The position numbers and the translations under genes are program-made. Of a stretch of DNA of 64,000 nucleotides, positions 24,301 through 37,500 are shown piece after piece. Below the pieces are notes generated by a model that was given only the letters and a program-made list of their open reading frames with translations, was not told the origin of the DNA and ran no database searches. Location of the stretch: the NCBI GenBank assembly GCA_036172245.1, contig JAYWIR010000006.1, forward strand, positions 3,906,001 through 3,970,000, in the 5' to 3' direction. Positions within the stretch are counted from its first letter, which is position 1; each line of letters starts with the position of its first letter. Source of the stretch: Raillietiella orientalis (taxonomy: Eukaryota).

Positions 24301-27300
24301 GCTGTCATGGTCGTCCGGTTCTTCCAAGGACTAGTCGAGGTGTGAAGGTCCCTTAGCTCCTCCTGGCTGCCCGCGCGCTCTTCCCCCGGTGGGCAGAACC
24401 TGCGCACCCAGCAATCTTCGAGGTGCATCACGCACCTCAAGCTAAGTGCCGGCACCTCCCTGTCCACCGGTTTCCCCAGCGCTCGCACAGCATTCTCCCG
24501 GAAGTAGGTGAGGAGTAAGCATTCAGGAGGCACTTTTCGCCTCATCCTCTTACGGAAAGCGTGGTTTTGCTTCTCGAATGGAGGATCGAGTCCAGAACTG
24601 CCTTCTGGCTTGGCTGGCTAAAAGGAAGCCGCTCCTGTTGGACAAAAGCAGCGGGAGCGAATGGTCGAGCCCGCACGTGCGTTGTAGCCCGTGCGGAACG
24701 CCATCCGCATGGGCGACGATTCGGGGAGAGCACCCGGCCGGTTGCATCCCTCCTTCCGGGATGGGGGAAGCTGCTTTAACAGGAGGGAGAAAGTTACCTG
24801 CCCTACTTTCACGCTTATGGCTTTCTTGCTGTCATGGAAGCCATCACTACTCGCAGCAATAGCAGGGGAGCAATCGGCGCTTTCAACGGAGCCTCGCGCG
24901 CACGCGCTCGCTTGAAGCTTCCCCTGCCTCCAGGAGATGCAGGAATTTTCTTCACCCTCGGTTTCTCCCCCCCCCCCCTCCCCACATGTCCTCCACGAAA
25001 AGTCCATCTGCGCGCTCGGGAAAAAAACACCGTCGCGGCAGCTATCCCGGTCCGACTGCCTCTGTCAGCCATTCCCGAACGGCTTGAGATTTCTCGAACC
25101 TTCGGCATGCGCTCTCCTTCCCTCCTCCCCTCTCTCTTTCTGAATCCAAAGCACTTCTGGGCACTTGCAGCCCGAGTTGCTGTTTGACCCAAAGATTCGT
25201 CCTGCGATTCTTCGTGGGGTGTTCATGTTCCAGCTGACGATACCTCCTGCCATCCACTCGCCTCCTCCCTGTCTCCTGGAATCCAACGAGAGGGGAGGCA
25301 AGCAAGACCAAAGTCCTGCCCGTCCCTATCCCTTGTCAGTCCTGGGCTGCTGGCGCAGGACGGTTGCTTCTTTGTTCCCCGCTCAAAAGCACCCTGTACG
25401 GAAGGAAACGGTTGCTGCCCCCTTCCTCCACCAAAGCAGAAATCTTCGCGGAAGAGTAACCCCTTTTTTTCCTCTTTTCCCGATCTTCCTGCAGGGAGTG
25501 ACGTACCCGGCCTGTCATGGAATCTGGAGACACTGGGCGCCTCCTTTGGAACGTAGCCGCCTGGCCACCTTGGCGTTCTGCGGATCGTACGGCGGCGCTG
25601 TGGTCGGGATGCCGCTGTCCGGATGGCTCACGGACAGCTACGGGTGGTCATCGCCTTTCTACTTTTATGGTTTGCACCTTCCTTCAGTCTGAGAGGGGGA
25701 GAGGGAAGGAGGGGGGGGGTGCAGTTGCTGCAGCGGATAGCGGCGGTCCAGCAGGTGCTGACGTGCACGTGATTCAGGCATCCGCACGCGCGACACCCCG
25801 CACGCGCACTATCAGCCGAGCCACTGCGGCAGCGGCACAGCGGAACACTCGGTCCCCCCCCCCCCTGCACACGCACGCTCCTGGGTGACGTCACGCGGAA
25901 TGCCGCCGCGCCCGCGCCAAGTGGCTCTCTGCACGGCTGCGTTTGATTACGCCGCGGAAGGGCCCCAGTGAACGGCGGGCGCCGTTCGTGTGGGCGCGTG
26001 TGCGGGGCGTGTGCTACGCAAACACGAGAAGGTTCCTCGAGCGACTTGGCGCGCTTCGTACTGAACACGAAACTTGACGACGAAGGGCCAAGTGCTTTTC
26101 CCCGGGGAAGACGCTTGCGGCGATTCATTCACTTGGTATGCCCCTTGTACTCGCTTGCGTACAAGCGGAATACGAAGTTTTCCACGGGGCGTTGTTTCCA
26201 CGTTTTTTTTGTTCCATGTTTTCGCCGTTTTTCTGCATCCATCCTTTGCTTTCGTCTTGCGTGATGCTCATCTCTACACACGCGCATGTGTTCTTCTAGC
26301 ACTGATTTTGCATCTAGCGTAGACGCGGCGTCTGTCTGGTGCTGCTTCCCCCTCTACCGTTAACAGGCTTGTTATACCCCGTGCTCTCGCCTCTGATTGG
26401 TCTTCATTTCGCAGTGAAGTTCGAGTGCTGGTACTTGTCTCTCGATTCGCGCGCTGCAGGTGATTGAAGAATACCCAGCATCTTCTGGGCTCATCCCTGG
26501 CCTCCGGGATTCCGCGCACGGAGCGCATTTCTGAAGGCTGCTCGGACCCAGGGAGTCATGGCACCCCTGCGCTTTCCGCTCTCTCCCGGTTTGCGCACTG
26601 CCGATATCATAGCCGAGGAGGGAAACTGAGGCGTGGTTGAAAACTTTCCCCGATCCAACTCGCGGCTTCCTCCTCCCTTCAAGACGTAGCCGAGTCTTCC
26701 CCCAAATGTGCGCCTCTCCCGTCCCAGCCGGGAAGGGCGCGAAACCGAACCGGGACGAAAAAAGAGAGAGGGAAGAAAAATCGGGGCCCAGAAAGCCCGC
26801 GAGCCGCCCGGAGCTTTTGACGAGGAACCACCGCACTTTGGAGCTTAGAAGAGGTGCAGTGCGGTGGTCGGGGAAAGAGCTGTTGGATCGGGGAAGGAGC
26901 TCGCGCGCTCCGGTCCGGGACTCACAGCTCCCCGTAGCGCGGCGAAGAGACAGCGGGGGCGTGGCAAGCCGGGAGAGGAGCGCGTCCGCCCGCTTCGATG
27001 CCCGCAGGTTTTTCGCCGGGTCGTCACGGGTGCATCCTTTGGGAATGGGCGTGGGCGCGGGCGTGGCGAGAAGTCTGCGACGAGGAGGACGGCCGTCGGA
27101 TTCCCGAATGGAGACCGCAGAACTAAGGGGCGTCACTTCCGGAAATCCGGCTGCTAGGAGCTTCCGTCCGTCTCTTGCCTCTCCAGTCCCGTTGGGACCT
27201 TGGACCTTGCGTCTTCCTCGGACGCTGACCTTGCGGACTCTGTGGGATCGTTGCCTGGCCTTTGGAAAGTCCCAACGAAGCGTCCGCCCGACACGGTGCG

Positions 27301-30300
27301 CAGCAGCCCCGGAGGGTCCGCAAGAAGGTCCGATGAAGGTGAGAAGGTGGGCGAAACCAGCTTCGAGCGCCGTCCTGCCGTCCGAGATCCTGGCGGGACT
27401 GGTATGGGCGGGTGATGTCGCCGCGTGACCAGGGAGTCCCGACTGCCGGTCGCAACTCGGGGAGACTGGGGCTGCGGGGTGGGATGCGCCCCCCTTCCGC
27501 CCTAGTCCGTCATTCGCGTGCCTTGTGTATCTTCCCAGGTGCCACCGGAATCTTTTGGTACGCCTTCTGGATGTGGCTGTCCTTTGAGAAACCGCGTCTG
27601 CACCCCAGCATCTCCCCTTCGGAACTGGCCCACATAGAAGAGAGTTTGGGAAGCACGACCTACTCCATGCCCGGGGTCAAGACCACCCCGTGGAAGTCCT
27701 TCTTCACCTCGGCGCCGGTGTACGCCATCATCGTCGCCAACTTCTGCCGCTCCTGGACCTTCTACCTGCTGCTGAACTCCCAGCCCACCTACTTCCGGGA
27801 GGTCTTCCAATTCGAGCTAAGCGAGGTGGGGCCCGTGGGCTCTTCCGCCCAGCGCATGCGCGCGATCCCCCTTCGTGCGACCCGTGACCGCGAGCGCGCC
27901 CTTCCAGGCGGGCGTGCTGTCGGCCCTGCCGCACCTCGTGATGACCATCGTCGTCCCGATCGGTGGCCACATCGCCGACCACCTTCGCCAGAGGAAGGTG
28001 CTGTCTACCACCTCCGTGCGGAAGGTCTTCAACTGCGGAGGCTTCGGCATGGAGGCTCTCTTCTTGCTCATCACCGGCTACTCCACCGACACGACCATCG
28101 CCATCAGCATGCTGACCTTCGCCGTGGGCTTCAGCGGCTTCGCCATCTCCGGTAGGTCGCTCGACCGATGGATCCGCGACGGCCCCGCTGCCTGTGACGA
28201 GGACCGCGGAGGCGCCTCGCCGTGATCGACTCTGCGACACCTCGGCTTGCTCCACCGCAGCTTCGGCAGTCCCTCCTCCATGGGGTGCTCGACCTGCAGC
28301 GTTCCTCCCGCGGCAGTACATCTCCCCCACCCTCCCCGACCTTCCTTCCAGCCCTTCACCCTGCTACGTCTGGATGGAGGCTGAGGGAGGTCACGCTGGC
28401 TTCCCCATCCCTCCAACCTCGTCGCGCGCCCGCAGGGGCTGTGGTCAGCTGGAGGTTCCACGCGGGCCGCGCGCATCCAGCAGCGACGGCCGAGTCCCCC
28501 CCTCTCCTCTTCCTGGCTTCTGCCATCGTCTCCTCCCCTGATATCAGCCGTCTCCTGAAACCACCGCCTCGATTTCCCAGCTCTTCACCCCGCCCGTCGC
28601 CCCGGTTCGCGTGCGCCGGTCGGAGACTGCACTGGGGGACCGAAGGAGCTCTCCCTCCGCCCTCATCCTCTCTCCTTCCTCGGCTTCTCGACACCTCCTC
28701 CTTTCCTCGCTCACGAAAGCAGAAAGCCGACGGGGAGGAGGAAGACCGCGGCGGCAGTAGACAGGTGGGTGGCGCCGTTGAACCCTCGTCAGCAGCCGAC
28801 CAGGGAAGTGGCAGTCGCCGAGCCCGTTTGCCGATGGATCCATCGACGGAAGACTGCGGTGGAGGAACTGGCGCCATCTCCCGTGGGTCCAGAAGATCAC
28901 GATGGCGACGGCGTCGTCGAAGATGGCAGCGGAGGAGGCGAAGACACGCGACGGTGACGTCACTGGCGGTGACAGAGATCTCGGTGAAAGTGACGACAGC
29001 GACAGTGAAGATGACTCTTCTTTCCTCCTCCTCTTTTTTTTTCCCCTCTTTTTTCTTTTTAACGATGATGCGAATGCTGACGATAATGACTGCAACCGAT
29101 GACGATAACCGTGATGACCCGGATAAACGATGGGTGACCACGGCGAAGGCGCTGGTGGCGGTGCACATCCGCACGGCGCTCCTGCGCCAAGGGTACCCCG
29201 CCCCTTGCCTGAGATCTCCCACGACCCCCTCCAGTGGGGGTTGAGGGAGGCCGATCGGTCAGCGGGGCTGCAAGGCTCGGGTGTTGCGTGCCCGCAGTAC
29301 GGACCGCGACGACCGCCGCACTATCGGACGCTCGGATCCCTTTTCGGGACGCTCGCCACTGCACATCGGCTCTCGGTCGGTGCGAGCGGCACCAACCGAG
29401 CGCTGCTTTTGCCGAAGACGGGGCCCAACCACTGTCCGTTCCTCGAAGACTCGTCCTGCCCTCTTTGCAGGGAAGTGCCCTCGCCGAAGCTGCTGCAGGG
29501 GAAAGTTTGGCTGCCCGCTGTTCAGGAAAGCGAATTCTCTAAAACGTTCGCTTCCCCCCCCCCTCCCCTTCGCATGCTCTCCAGGAACATGTCCACCCAA
29601 CTCCATGTCCTCCCCAGTCATTGCTTGCTCCTCGTCTTGCCTTCTCACTCAACCTGAGGCCCGCCGTGCAGTCTGGTCATGTGCCCCCTGCGAACTCCCA
29701 GTCGACTCGGGCGGACACGCCGAGTCGATTGGCAACCCTGAGAGCGCGAGTTCATAAAAATCTTTCAGAGTCCGGAGGGAACCATGAAAAGTGTTCAGAG
29801 ATGTAACATGTTTCTTTCTTTTTCTTTTTTTGGCGCACTCTGTAAAGTCCTGAACTGGCCTTTTATTCCAGGTTTCAATGTGAACCATCTAGATATCGCC
29901 CCGAGATATGCCAGCATACTGATGGGACTATCCAACGGCTTCGGAACTCTGTCTGGTATGATCTGTCCGATAGTCACGGAATATCTGACAAAGGACGAAG
30001 TAAGTACCGCTGCCAGACCTATTTTGTTGAAAAAGGGCTTCCTTGAGGTGCATCAAAGGATATCCCCCCACTTTCTTGCATTCTGATAGGGATTGCGACC
30101 GTCCCGCTCTAACCTCCTCCTGTCGAGATGATAAATTGATTTCCGGGAACGAGCGCGCTGCTTTCGCAACTGAGCCAGGATGCCGAATTCACTAATTAAT
30201 TACTCAATCAGACCTGTCGGGATGCTCTCTGCGTTCGATGAGACTTGCGCATTATCCGAGGAATCTCTTCGGTTTTCTGGAGAAGGTGCCGTTCCCGCGC

Positions 30301-33300
30301 CAGCATTCTGCGGTAATCGGCCGTTTCCTTCAAGGCTGCCCTCCCCGGTAATGGCAGGGTTTTCTCATCAGCCAGATCTGTTTGAAAATCATTCTTGGTA
30401 GCAAGATAAGTGGCAGATGGAAGCACTTCGTCTTTATGAAACTTTTCTTCGAGAAGTTTGCTGCATTTATCGATGCTGCCTAGAACGGTTTCCATTGGCA
30501 ACTCCAAAGTCGTAAACGCATTACGCCCTACCTGCGAGCCAGAACTTTCCAGTGATGCATCAAACGATCAATGGAAAAACATCTGTGGCGTGGGAGACAA
30601 ACAACTCGACTGCTTATTCAATTTGAACTGAAAGATCGTGATGCGCCAATTTTGATGGTGCCGTGCCACACTGTTCATTTCATTCCCGTCCGCACCACCG
30701 TAAAAGAATCACCTCGAATACTAAGGGACGCGGGCAGCACTTGGAGTCCTGCTCTTGGAGCGGCTTTCCACCAGTCTCTGCCTCTTCCCGAGGTGGATTG
30801 CCTGCTTCTCTTCCTCCTTGCCCCCCTTTTCGTAGCGCAGTTGAGCGCCAAAATCTTCCCGACTTGCACGTCAGAAAAGATATCATGCGAACACATCTCC
30901 AAGATTTCATCATCATCACATCGAGATACCACTGCCGAAGAGCCCATATTTCTTGCCTCGCATTTTTGATATTCAGCATAACAAGCCATCTACTTGTTTG
31001 TGCCTACCGGCAGGGATACACAAAGGGGGTGACTTCACTTCAGCACGGTTATGTGCAGTGATGATGCCTTTCTGCGGGGCAATCAGTCGCTTCCCCTGTC
31101 TTCGGGTTCTAAGCTCATCCCCCCCCCCCCCAAAGAAACCCCCCCTCATCCCCGCGTGCCGGTTCCCGTTTTCATCCTGACGCCTACACACACACACACA
31201 CGTACACACACTCCACGAAGATAGAAAGTGGATGAGTGTGGCCCACCGTTTTTGGGGGACAGTTGTCTAACGACGAGCTACGGTGATTCTGGGGTTAGTC
31301 GTCCCGCAACGACGCGCGCTGCCGCACACGTTGGCACGTCACTCTCTGTGTAGGGCTGGAAAACTTCCTGTGGAATATCTCGAAGGATCGAAAAGAGGAA
31401 GAAAAAAAAAAAAAAAAAAAAAGGGGGAAGAGAATCGGAATCAGTACAAGAGCGGGGGAGCAAAATTCCCATGACCATCCTCAGGAGTCGCCGAGAAGCT
31501 AAGTTTGGGATTTTGTTCTTGCTTTTTGATCCTTTGCAATCTTCATTCCCGGCTTCGCAGGGAGCAGAAAACCTGGGAAGCCCCTCGAAACCGGATGGGA
31601 GGCGCAGTCACGCTTATCAAATGCGTTTAAACCTAATGAACTTAATGAATGCATTTGCGAAAGTCGTCGTTTCCTCCTAGGGCCCGTTTCAAAATGGCCG
31701 CCTCCTCGCTTTCCTGCCCGTCGAAAAGCCACGGGCCTCCGACGCCCCCCTTCCCGAAAGTTTCCGAAGCTTCCCCTTGCGATCCGGCGTTTCCCGTTCC
31801 CGTCTTGCGCCGTTCGCGATTCCCGCCTCGCCCGGAACGCGGGGGGAGGAAGGCGGGGAGGCAACAATGCGGGGTCAACAATGCGTCCCCGGAGCGTGCT
31901 TTCCTTTGTTGCTTGAGGTTATTTATACTCCGTTTATTTATGGAACTCGTGCGTGGCGGGGGCGCCTGCGAGAGGAACTCGTTTTCCGAATTTTTCGGAG
32001 GACGCTTTCCCGCTTTTTTCATTTTATTTTATTTTATATTTTCTGCTCATTCTCAGTTCGATTGGAGGTGCTTTATGTCGAAAAAAAAAAAAAAAAAAGA
32101 CTCGATACGTCATATGATGCACATTAATTTTCCGATGGAATGAACTTGAAATCTTAACCTTGAAATCCAATACGTAGACACGGAAAACCACAAGACCACT
32201 TCTTCTTCTTCTCCCCCCCCCCCCCTTCCCCGCCTTTATGTGTGCTTCGAGCTTCACGTGTCGCTTGCCTTTCAGTAAGTCGCTAACCGTGTTGCGGTGA
32301 CAACCGCTGTGATGGCCGGAACTCTCTCTCGTTCTCTTTTCGATTCGCTGTTGTTTTCTATATATGAAAAAAAAAAAAAAAAAAAAAAAAACTAGAGGCA
32401 GGATTTGCTTCACTTCGGAGCATGACGTCGAGAGTTCCCAGTAAACAAAAACCCGGGTTCCCAGTCGATTCGGAATCGCAGTTTCGCAGCCGAACGCGCG
32501 TGGTCTCCCCCCTCCCTCCCTTGCGCGCGCGCTTCGTGGATCACGTCGTGGATGTGGAGGGCGGCGGCAATTCACCTGGGATGCATGGATTTTTCTTTCA
32601 GAAACCCGAGGACTGGAGGAACGTGTTCGTGATAGCTTCGGCGGTGCACTTCTGCGGCGTCATATTCTACGGATTTTTCGCTTCCGGAGAACTGCAGCCT
32701 TGGGCAACGGATGGCACCGGCAACCCCATGAGCGCTCGTCCTTCTTTGAAAGAGAAACCTTCGTTTACCGCCGACTTTGACAAGGCAAGACTTGCGCGGT
32801 TTTCTCCCGGATAGGAGGGCACTTCTCGGAGCACGGCACCCCCCACCCCCCCATTCATGAGGGGAAGACGCAGCTCTGGAAGCTAAGCTTCCTCCTCGCG
32901 GGCTCCCTTCTCCACGCGCGCGCGCGCACCGCCAGAGCCAGGTCGCTTCCTCTTCGAGGTTTCTTCTCTGCCTGCCCCGTGGTTTTCCTTCTCTTCCTGC
33001 TCCTTCTCGAACTTTTCCTGGCCGACGGTGCTCCTTGCCGGGCGACTCCTTGTGGAGTCGTTGCTCTCCGATCTCGGAAAACGGTCCACTCTTCCCCGGG
33101 TTTCTTAAGCACGTGGAGGCGAACCCTTGCGCCGCACTCTGTCAGGTCCGGTCAGTTAGTAGTAGTAGTGGCCAGGAGTGCAAGCTCTGGGAAGCGTCCC
33201 TTCTGGAGGATAAGACCTATGTGGGGGTAAGGGACGGAGGGTCGCTCTGTGAGCCGCAGTAGGACTGCGATGAGATCGAAAGGGGGAAGGGCGGGGAGAA

Positions 33301-34553
33301 TGGCAGCGTGCAAGAGAAAGAAGTGGATTTCTCTCCCCTCTTCTCACTCGGTTTCGGAGCCCCTGGCTTGACGACAAGCGGCCGAGGCTGTGCGTCGCCC
33401 TGGTGACGGATTGCTGGTGTCACATTGTGGTGGTGGTTCTTCCTCTCCGCTTGCTTTGAAAAGCGCGGCAGAGCGGAAGGTATTGCCGCGGAGATACGTC
33501 GTCGTCGTCTGTTCAACCCATATGGAGGAGGAGTTGAGCCGATGTCCCCTTAGCTGTTCTCCCGCCCTTCTTTGCCTCCTGGCACGCGTCGCGGGAGAGT
33601 CCCGGACATTCCCGTCAGCCCTTTTAGGACTCCTTAGAAAAACTCTTTCAATGGTTGGCTCAAGCATCGGGAAGTTGGACTGCTGCAAAGAGTCACTGCA
33701 CTCCCTCTCCTCCTCATTTTTGTTTGTTTTTCTTCTTTTTCTGTCTCCTCGGGATGCCGCTGCTTCTTCCAGGGACTCCACGCTCTTCTGACCCCCGGGA
33801 GCTCTTTCCGAAACAAAAGCTATGCAGGTGACTGCTGGATTTGTAGTGGACTCCCTGAGCTCTACGAATACGAGGGTAGAGGAACTCTCCCCTCTTCCCT
33901 TGTATTCGTGAAGGGAAGTCCCTGGACCCCCCTCCTCTCCTCAGTTCTGATCATGGCACCGCTCGCGACTCTCGCTGACAGCGTCTGCATCCCACACAGG
34001 TGGCACGGAGTCACGTCCACTCTTCCACAGACCGCGGGCTCGCGCCCTGTCGCACTGGTTTATCACTCGAAAATTCTTGCATGATGGAGGGACTTTGCTC
34101 CGTCACTCACGCTCTTTCTTCCTTCTTACGGAGTCTCTGTAGAACCAGGCGCCTCGTGAAACTCCGCCACTCCATCCCTTTCCCCTTCTGGATTTCAGGA
34201 ACCGATGATTCTCATTTCTTTTTCAGGCTTTCGGAGGAGGAGGGGGAATGGTGGGGGCAAAGACGTCCTCCCGAGAGGTCCTCGCTGGCAACGGTCCCGT
34301 CTCCGTCACCGGTGAAAGCGGCGGGGACGATGGCTGCGGCGATCCTAGGGAGAGCACAGCGACAAGGGCGACCGTTGCCGAGGGAGCCGCGCCTGCCAAC
34401 TCCACGAATCCGTTTCGGCCTGCCTCTGGAAATCGTCAGTATCCTGAACATCAGTCTCCTCCTCCTCCTCCTCCCCCTTTTCTCGCAAGGACGGAAGTGG
34501 TGCAGAAGACAGCGGACGGCCGACCGGCGTGGCCGCACGCAACCAAAGTGTAA
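15345..34553 (+). CDS. VGlut: Vesicular glutamate transporter (VGLUT / eat-4 / SLC17A6-8 family), about 618 aa
   Basis: Phase-compatible exons: 17279-17329, 19265-19407, 22420-22496, 24046-24164, 24225-24339, 25495-25669, 27539-27825, 27908-28151, 29872-29999, 32602-32784 and 34227-34553 (TAA). Diagnostic peptides: [132 protein letters not shown]. The first coding exon is tentative (15345-15352, gaagATGGACGG|gtatt, giving MDG-RTPYEEF). The last intron has a GC donor. Confidence 0.93.
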
Positions 34554-37500
34554 AGGAGGGGAAGGAGAAAAAGGAGGAGGAGGAAGAAAAGGAGAGCAAG
34601 AAGTGACAGGGGATCGGAACGAGCGGTTTCTCGATCCGCTCCACGCGCGAGAACCTCGCAACCTTGAAATCCATTCGGACTTGTAAGGAAAAAACGAAAA
34701 AAACAAAAACAAAAAACAAAACAAAAAAAAAAGAGAAAAACGAGCCCTCATCTCAAAGGAGCTTTCTTCTTGTCGTTCTGATGTCCCCCTGCTTGCGTTG
34801 CTGTCAGTGTGCTGTTCCCATTGCCCTTTCCCCTCCCCCCCTCCTCCCCCCTTACGGGCTCGAAATATCAGACTAGAAGAAACTCCACTAGCATCTCTTA
34901 CCATTTGTCTTTCATCTCCGAAATGCTGCTCCACGGTAGCATCGCTTGTACGTTACGTAGAAAACACGTGAAATGGCTCAGAAGCCTGAAGGTTGCTTTA
35001 TTCCCCACGGACTCTGTGCAGCTTGGAAAAAAAAACAAAAACAAAAAAAAAAGGGGGGGGGGGAAATGTGGTGATGAAGTCATCCGCAACTGCCATTATG
35101 AGCATCCATTCGGGAGAGACAAAAAAAAAAAAAAAAAGGAAAAAAAAAAGAAAAAAAAAAAAACCCCCCCACTGTTCTTCACATGCGTGTTCTGGTGATT
35201 GCACCCACCCACAGCACTTGACGTCAAGCCAAACTTCGCGGCGAAAGTTTCCACCGATGTTTCCTCGGTGTTTTTCCTAATTGCGATCCGAGATCTAAAT
35301 GCGCGGGGTGGACTGGACACCCTGGCGGAAGTTCCCTGCTGTTCCGCAACCCGTGCGGTGCAACAGTCGCGCTCAGGTACAACAGATCGAGTCTTTCCAT
35401 AACGATGCTGCTGTTTCGACAGTAACCTATCAAATGGTCTTCCGATAGCTGTTTGTCATTTTGTGGCTTCGACGGATTCGTCTCCCCGCCCTTCCCCACC
35501 CCTTTTTTTCCTTTTTTTTTTTTTTTTTAGGAGCTTCTTCCATTTTATTATGTACTTCCGTTTTTCCGAGTGGTGATCGTTCACGCAGGTGTCGTCGAGT
35601 TCCACCTAGCCGGTGATCGTTATCAGACTGTGCGTTCGTGTCCGATAAGGAGATGGAGATCTCGTACCACGTCGCTGCGGTGGGATCCGTGCACTCAGCC
35701 GCAGGAGCGGCGGGGTGGTCTGCAGAATCCCGTAACGCGGAGCACGTCGCACAATTCGGCGTGCCGCCGAGCCAACGTCTTTCCCGCCACGTTCCCGAAC
35801 CACGAGTTTCGCGGCCGGGCCGCGGCGCCACCTCTTCCCTCTCCGTGGGCTCCAGCGCGGTTTCCAACGGCAGCCTCTCGCGTGCACCATCGGCACACAT
35901 CCGCAATGCGAGGAAAGCGCTTCCTTTTCGGCGCCCCCCCCCCTCCCCGAAACTCCTCGAGTTGGTCATTGGCGGGAAAAGGAAAAAGCAAACGAATGGA
36001 CGACCATCTTCTGTTCCAAAGTGCGGAGGAAGGAAAGAAAGGGGAAAAAGCACGCTGTTCGTGAGGTTGAAAAATTTCGGCCGAAGACTTCTTCTTGGAA
36101 CCGTGAAACCACGTGCCCCTTCCCAAGGATGCAAGTGGACTGCCGAGGCTGCTTCCTGTCGAATTCGTGGGTGGGGATCCGCATTTGGCTGGAACTTTTG
36201 GCGGGAATGAAGTAGTGATTCGAATCACGAGCTCGCCGCACCGAGAGCTGCAGCTGGGGAAGCTGGTGGTCGTTCCAGTTGTTCGCCAGCAGTCCCCCCC
36301 CCCTATCCTTGAGAAGCTCTTCGACTGGTTCCCCAGGGCGAGGCACGGAGACGTGGGGAAAAGACCCACGGCTGCGTTTGTGATTCCCTTCCTCGTGGGT
36401 TCGGTCGGAGGTTCGCGTCGGGAAACGAACTGAGCACACCCACGGGCCGAGCTGCACGATCTGCTTCGAGTTCCAAAAGTACACCTTCGAGGGGTGTGCG
36501 CGCGGTCCCAGAACCGTGCGCCGTCGACGTTCTGTGTAGTTTGTGTGTTTGCAAAATTGTAAAGCCACGTATTCCGATGTTCATTCGACTGTAAGTGGAA
36601 ATAAAAAACAAACAAGCAGTGCACTTGACAAGAAACGGTGTTCCGGTGCTTCTGGTGAACGGATGCGAACGTGCTGGAGCTGCATCCAGGATGTTTTCTT
36701 TTGCCTCGTTGATTTCTTTCCAGGATTAAACCTTCGATTGTCCTGCTGGCGAATTCAGGGGCGCGGTGTACGTGCACCTCCCTCGTTCCCAGTTGATGGC
36801 GGCCACGCACCGCTCGGTCGTTGCTGCACGGGAAGGGGGGGGGGGGATGCGCACGTGACTGCCATCGCCATGACTACCACTGTACTGTTGACTGCTGGAA
36901 CATGGGCTTCCAGGGAATGAGCGTCTTCAAAGTCGATACGATTGATAAGCGTGCCTTTTCCAGGATGCGTCCTGCTCCTCCATGCATTTTGCACGACTCC
37001 CGAAAATCTTCCCGAGGTCGTGAAATTGACGATGGTGGCGACCGAAAAAATTCAGTTGATCCTAAGACGCGCGTAAGCTCGACACCGACACTCCACTCGG
37101 CGGTTCGAATAATTTTACCGAACAAATTCGGTCATGAACTCTTCTTGTATTGGCGCTGAGCAGTCTCGTGTAGCATAACATAAAAGGCTCTTAACGAAGC
37201 GCCACTTTTGACAACATCACAAGGGAGATTCCCCCCCCCCCTCTCTCTCTGTCCAAAAGGGCTGCCACTACAGAAAATTGTCCCAAGCTAGCCGTAGACA
37301 AATTTTCAAGCACAAAGCTGGAAGTGCTTTCCATAGGAGCCGTCTTTGGAGGGTCCACACCATCCTGAGTGAATCGGATAGGAGTGCTTCTTAGCAAAAA
37401 GCATTCTCAACTAAGTGATCATCAGAATTTATTACGTATTGCCATGCATCACCAGTGTGCTCCATGCTCTTGAGGTAGCTCCTCACTCTGCCAGATATCC

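Noticed and set aside
26460..26540. Possible extra VGLUT exon after gcgctgcag
   Set aside because: Immediate in-frame stop, and the flanking exons already join seamlessly.
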